A DNA stretch of 16,626 bases, from positions 1 through 16,626 of the forward strand of contig JAPLDX010000010.1 in assembly GCA_026391215.1 (NCBI GenBank), read 5' to 3'. Positions 16,117 to 16,626 of the stretch are shown one piece after another. The number at the start of each line of letters is the position of its first letter. The stretch's first letter is position 1. The DNA comes from Bacteroidia bacterium. GTDB lineage: Bacteria; Bacteroidota; Bacteroidia; Bacteroidales; VadinHA17. Made by a program: the position numbers and the translations under genes. A model generated the notes under the pieces. It saw nothing but the letters and a program-made list of their open reading frames with translations. It did no database searches and was not told the origin of the DNA.

Positions 16117-16626
16117 ATGAAAAGAATTATGAAACCGCTGCTTAGGATATTGACGAGTATTTTCCTGCTTATTCTGATGTCGCTTTCAATTGTAAAGGGA
16201 CAGGCAAAACCGTCCAATTATGGAAATATTCCTGATGAACTGGTTGCTTATGATGAATACCAGAAAGCCTATAAATATCATTTTCTTGAACCGGTTCAAT
16301 TCTATGGAGCCGGGCGGGAGAAGCTTCCTCCCGCTGATCTGAAAGAAGTAAGAATCGGATTCCTGGGACCGCTGGAAGGTTCAATTATTTCTTCACTGGG
16401 TAAACAAATGTTACAGGGAGCTGAACTGGGGATAGAAGAGGCTAATAAAAAAGGAGGATATAAAGGAATTCCGTTTAAAATAATGATACACAATGATGTG
16501 GGATTGTGGGGAGCTGCTGCAAATGAAGTGGTGAAAATGGACGATGAGAAAGTATGGGCATGGCTGGGTACAATAGATGATATTAACTCACATGTCGCCA
16601 TAAGGGCAACATTGAAACTGGAAATC
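16117..16626 (+). CDS. LivJ/branched-chain amino acid ABC substrate-binding-like protein (type I periplasmic binding fold), truncated by the right window edge
   Basis: Absent from the ORF track. Hand translation: MKRIMKPLLRILTSIFLLILMSLSIVKG-QAK (signal peptide)...EVRIGFLGPLEGS...GKQMLQGAELGIEEANKKGGYKGIPF...HND...VWAWLGTIDDINSHVAIR; open for 170 codons to the edge. Confidence 0.85.
   Translation, partial: MKRIMKPLLRILTSIFLLILMSLSIVKGQAKPSNYGNIPDELVAYDEYQKAYKYHFLEPVQFYGAGREKLPPADLKEVRIGFLGPLEGSIISSLGKQMLQGAELGIEEANKKGGYKGIPFKIMIHNDVGLWGAAANEVVKMDDEKVWAWLGTIDDINSHVAIRATLKLEI

Noticed and set aside
723-16601. The many 60-130 aa alternative-frame ORFs in the track (e.g. 723-938, 2358-2717, 8596-8985, 12730-13002, 16302-16601)
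   Set aside because: All overlap long motif-supported genes in another frame or strand and show no recognisable motifs; treated as shadow ORFs.

Overview
Bacteroidota-type (probably Bacteroidales) genomic window with two divergent blocks around an OmpR-family two-component system. Minus strand: SusC/SusD pair, an intrinsic terminator, a DUF559 (Vsr-like PD-(D/E)xK) nuclease gene enclosed by 51-bp inverted REP-like hairpin repeats, and a VCBS/FG-GAP lipoprotein that runs off the left edge. Plus strand: response regulator and histidine kinase, four TTTAAT boxes at exact 11-bp spacing, and a short structured non-coding segment complementary to the susC start region. A tightly packed operon follows, encoding a CRTAC1/ASPIC-UnbV lipoprotein, a hydrazine synthase alpha-like haem lipoprotein, a beta-propeller/cytochrome c peroxidase-like protein with three CxxCH motifs, a stand-alone Reg_prop propeller and a LivJ-type binding protein that runs off the right edge. 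Best leads: (1) a hydrazine-synthase-like haem enzyme cluster in a non-anammox lineage; (2) a candidate two-component-activated trans-antisense sRNA against the neighbouring susC; (3) a REP-flanked DUF559 cassette with nested palindromes. All family calls come from reading motifs by eye; no database search was run.
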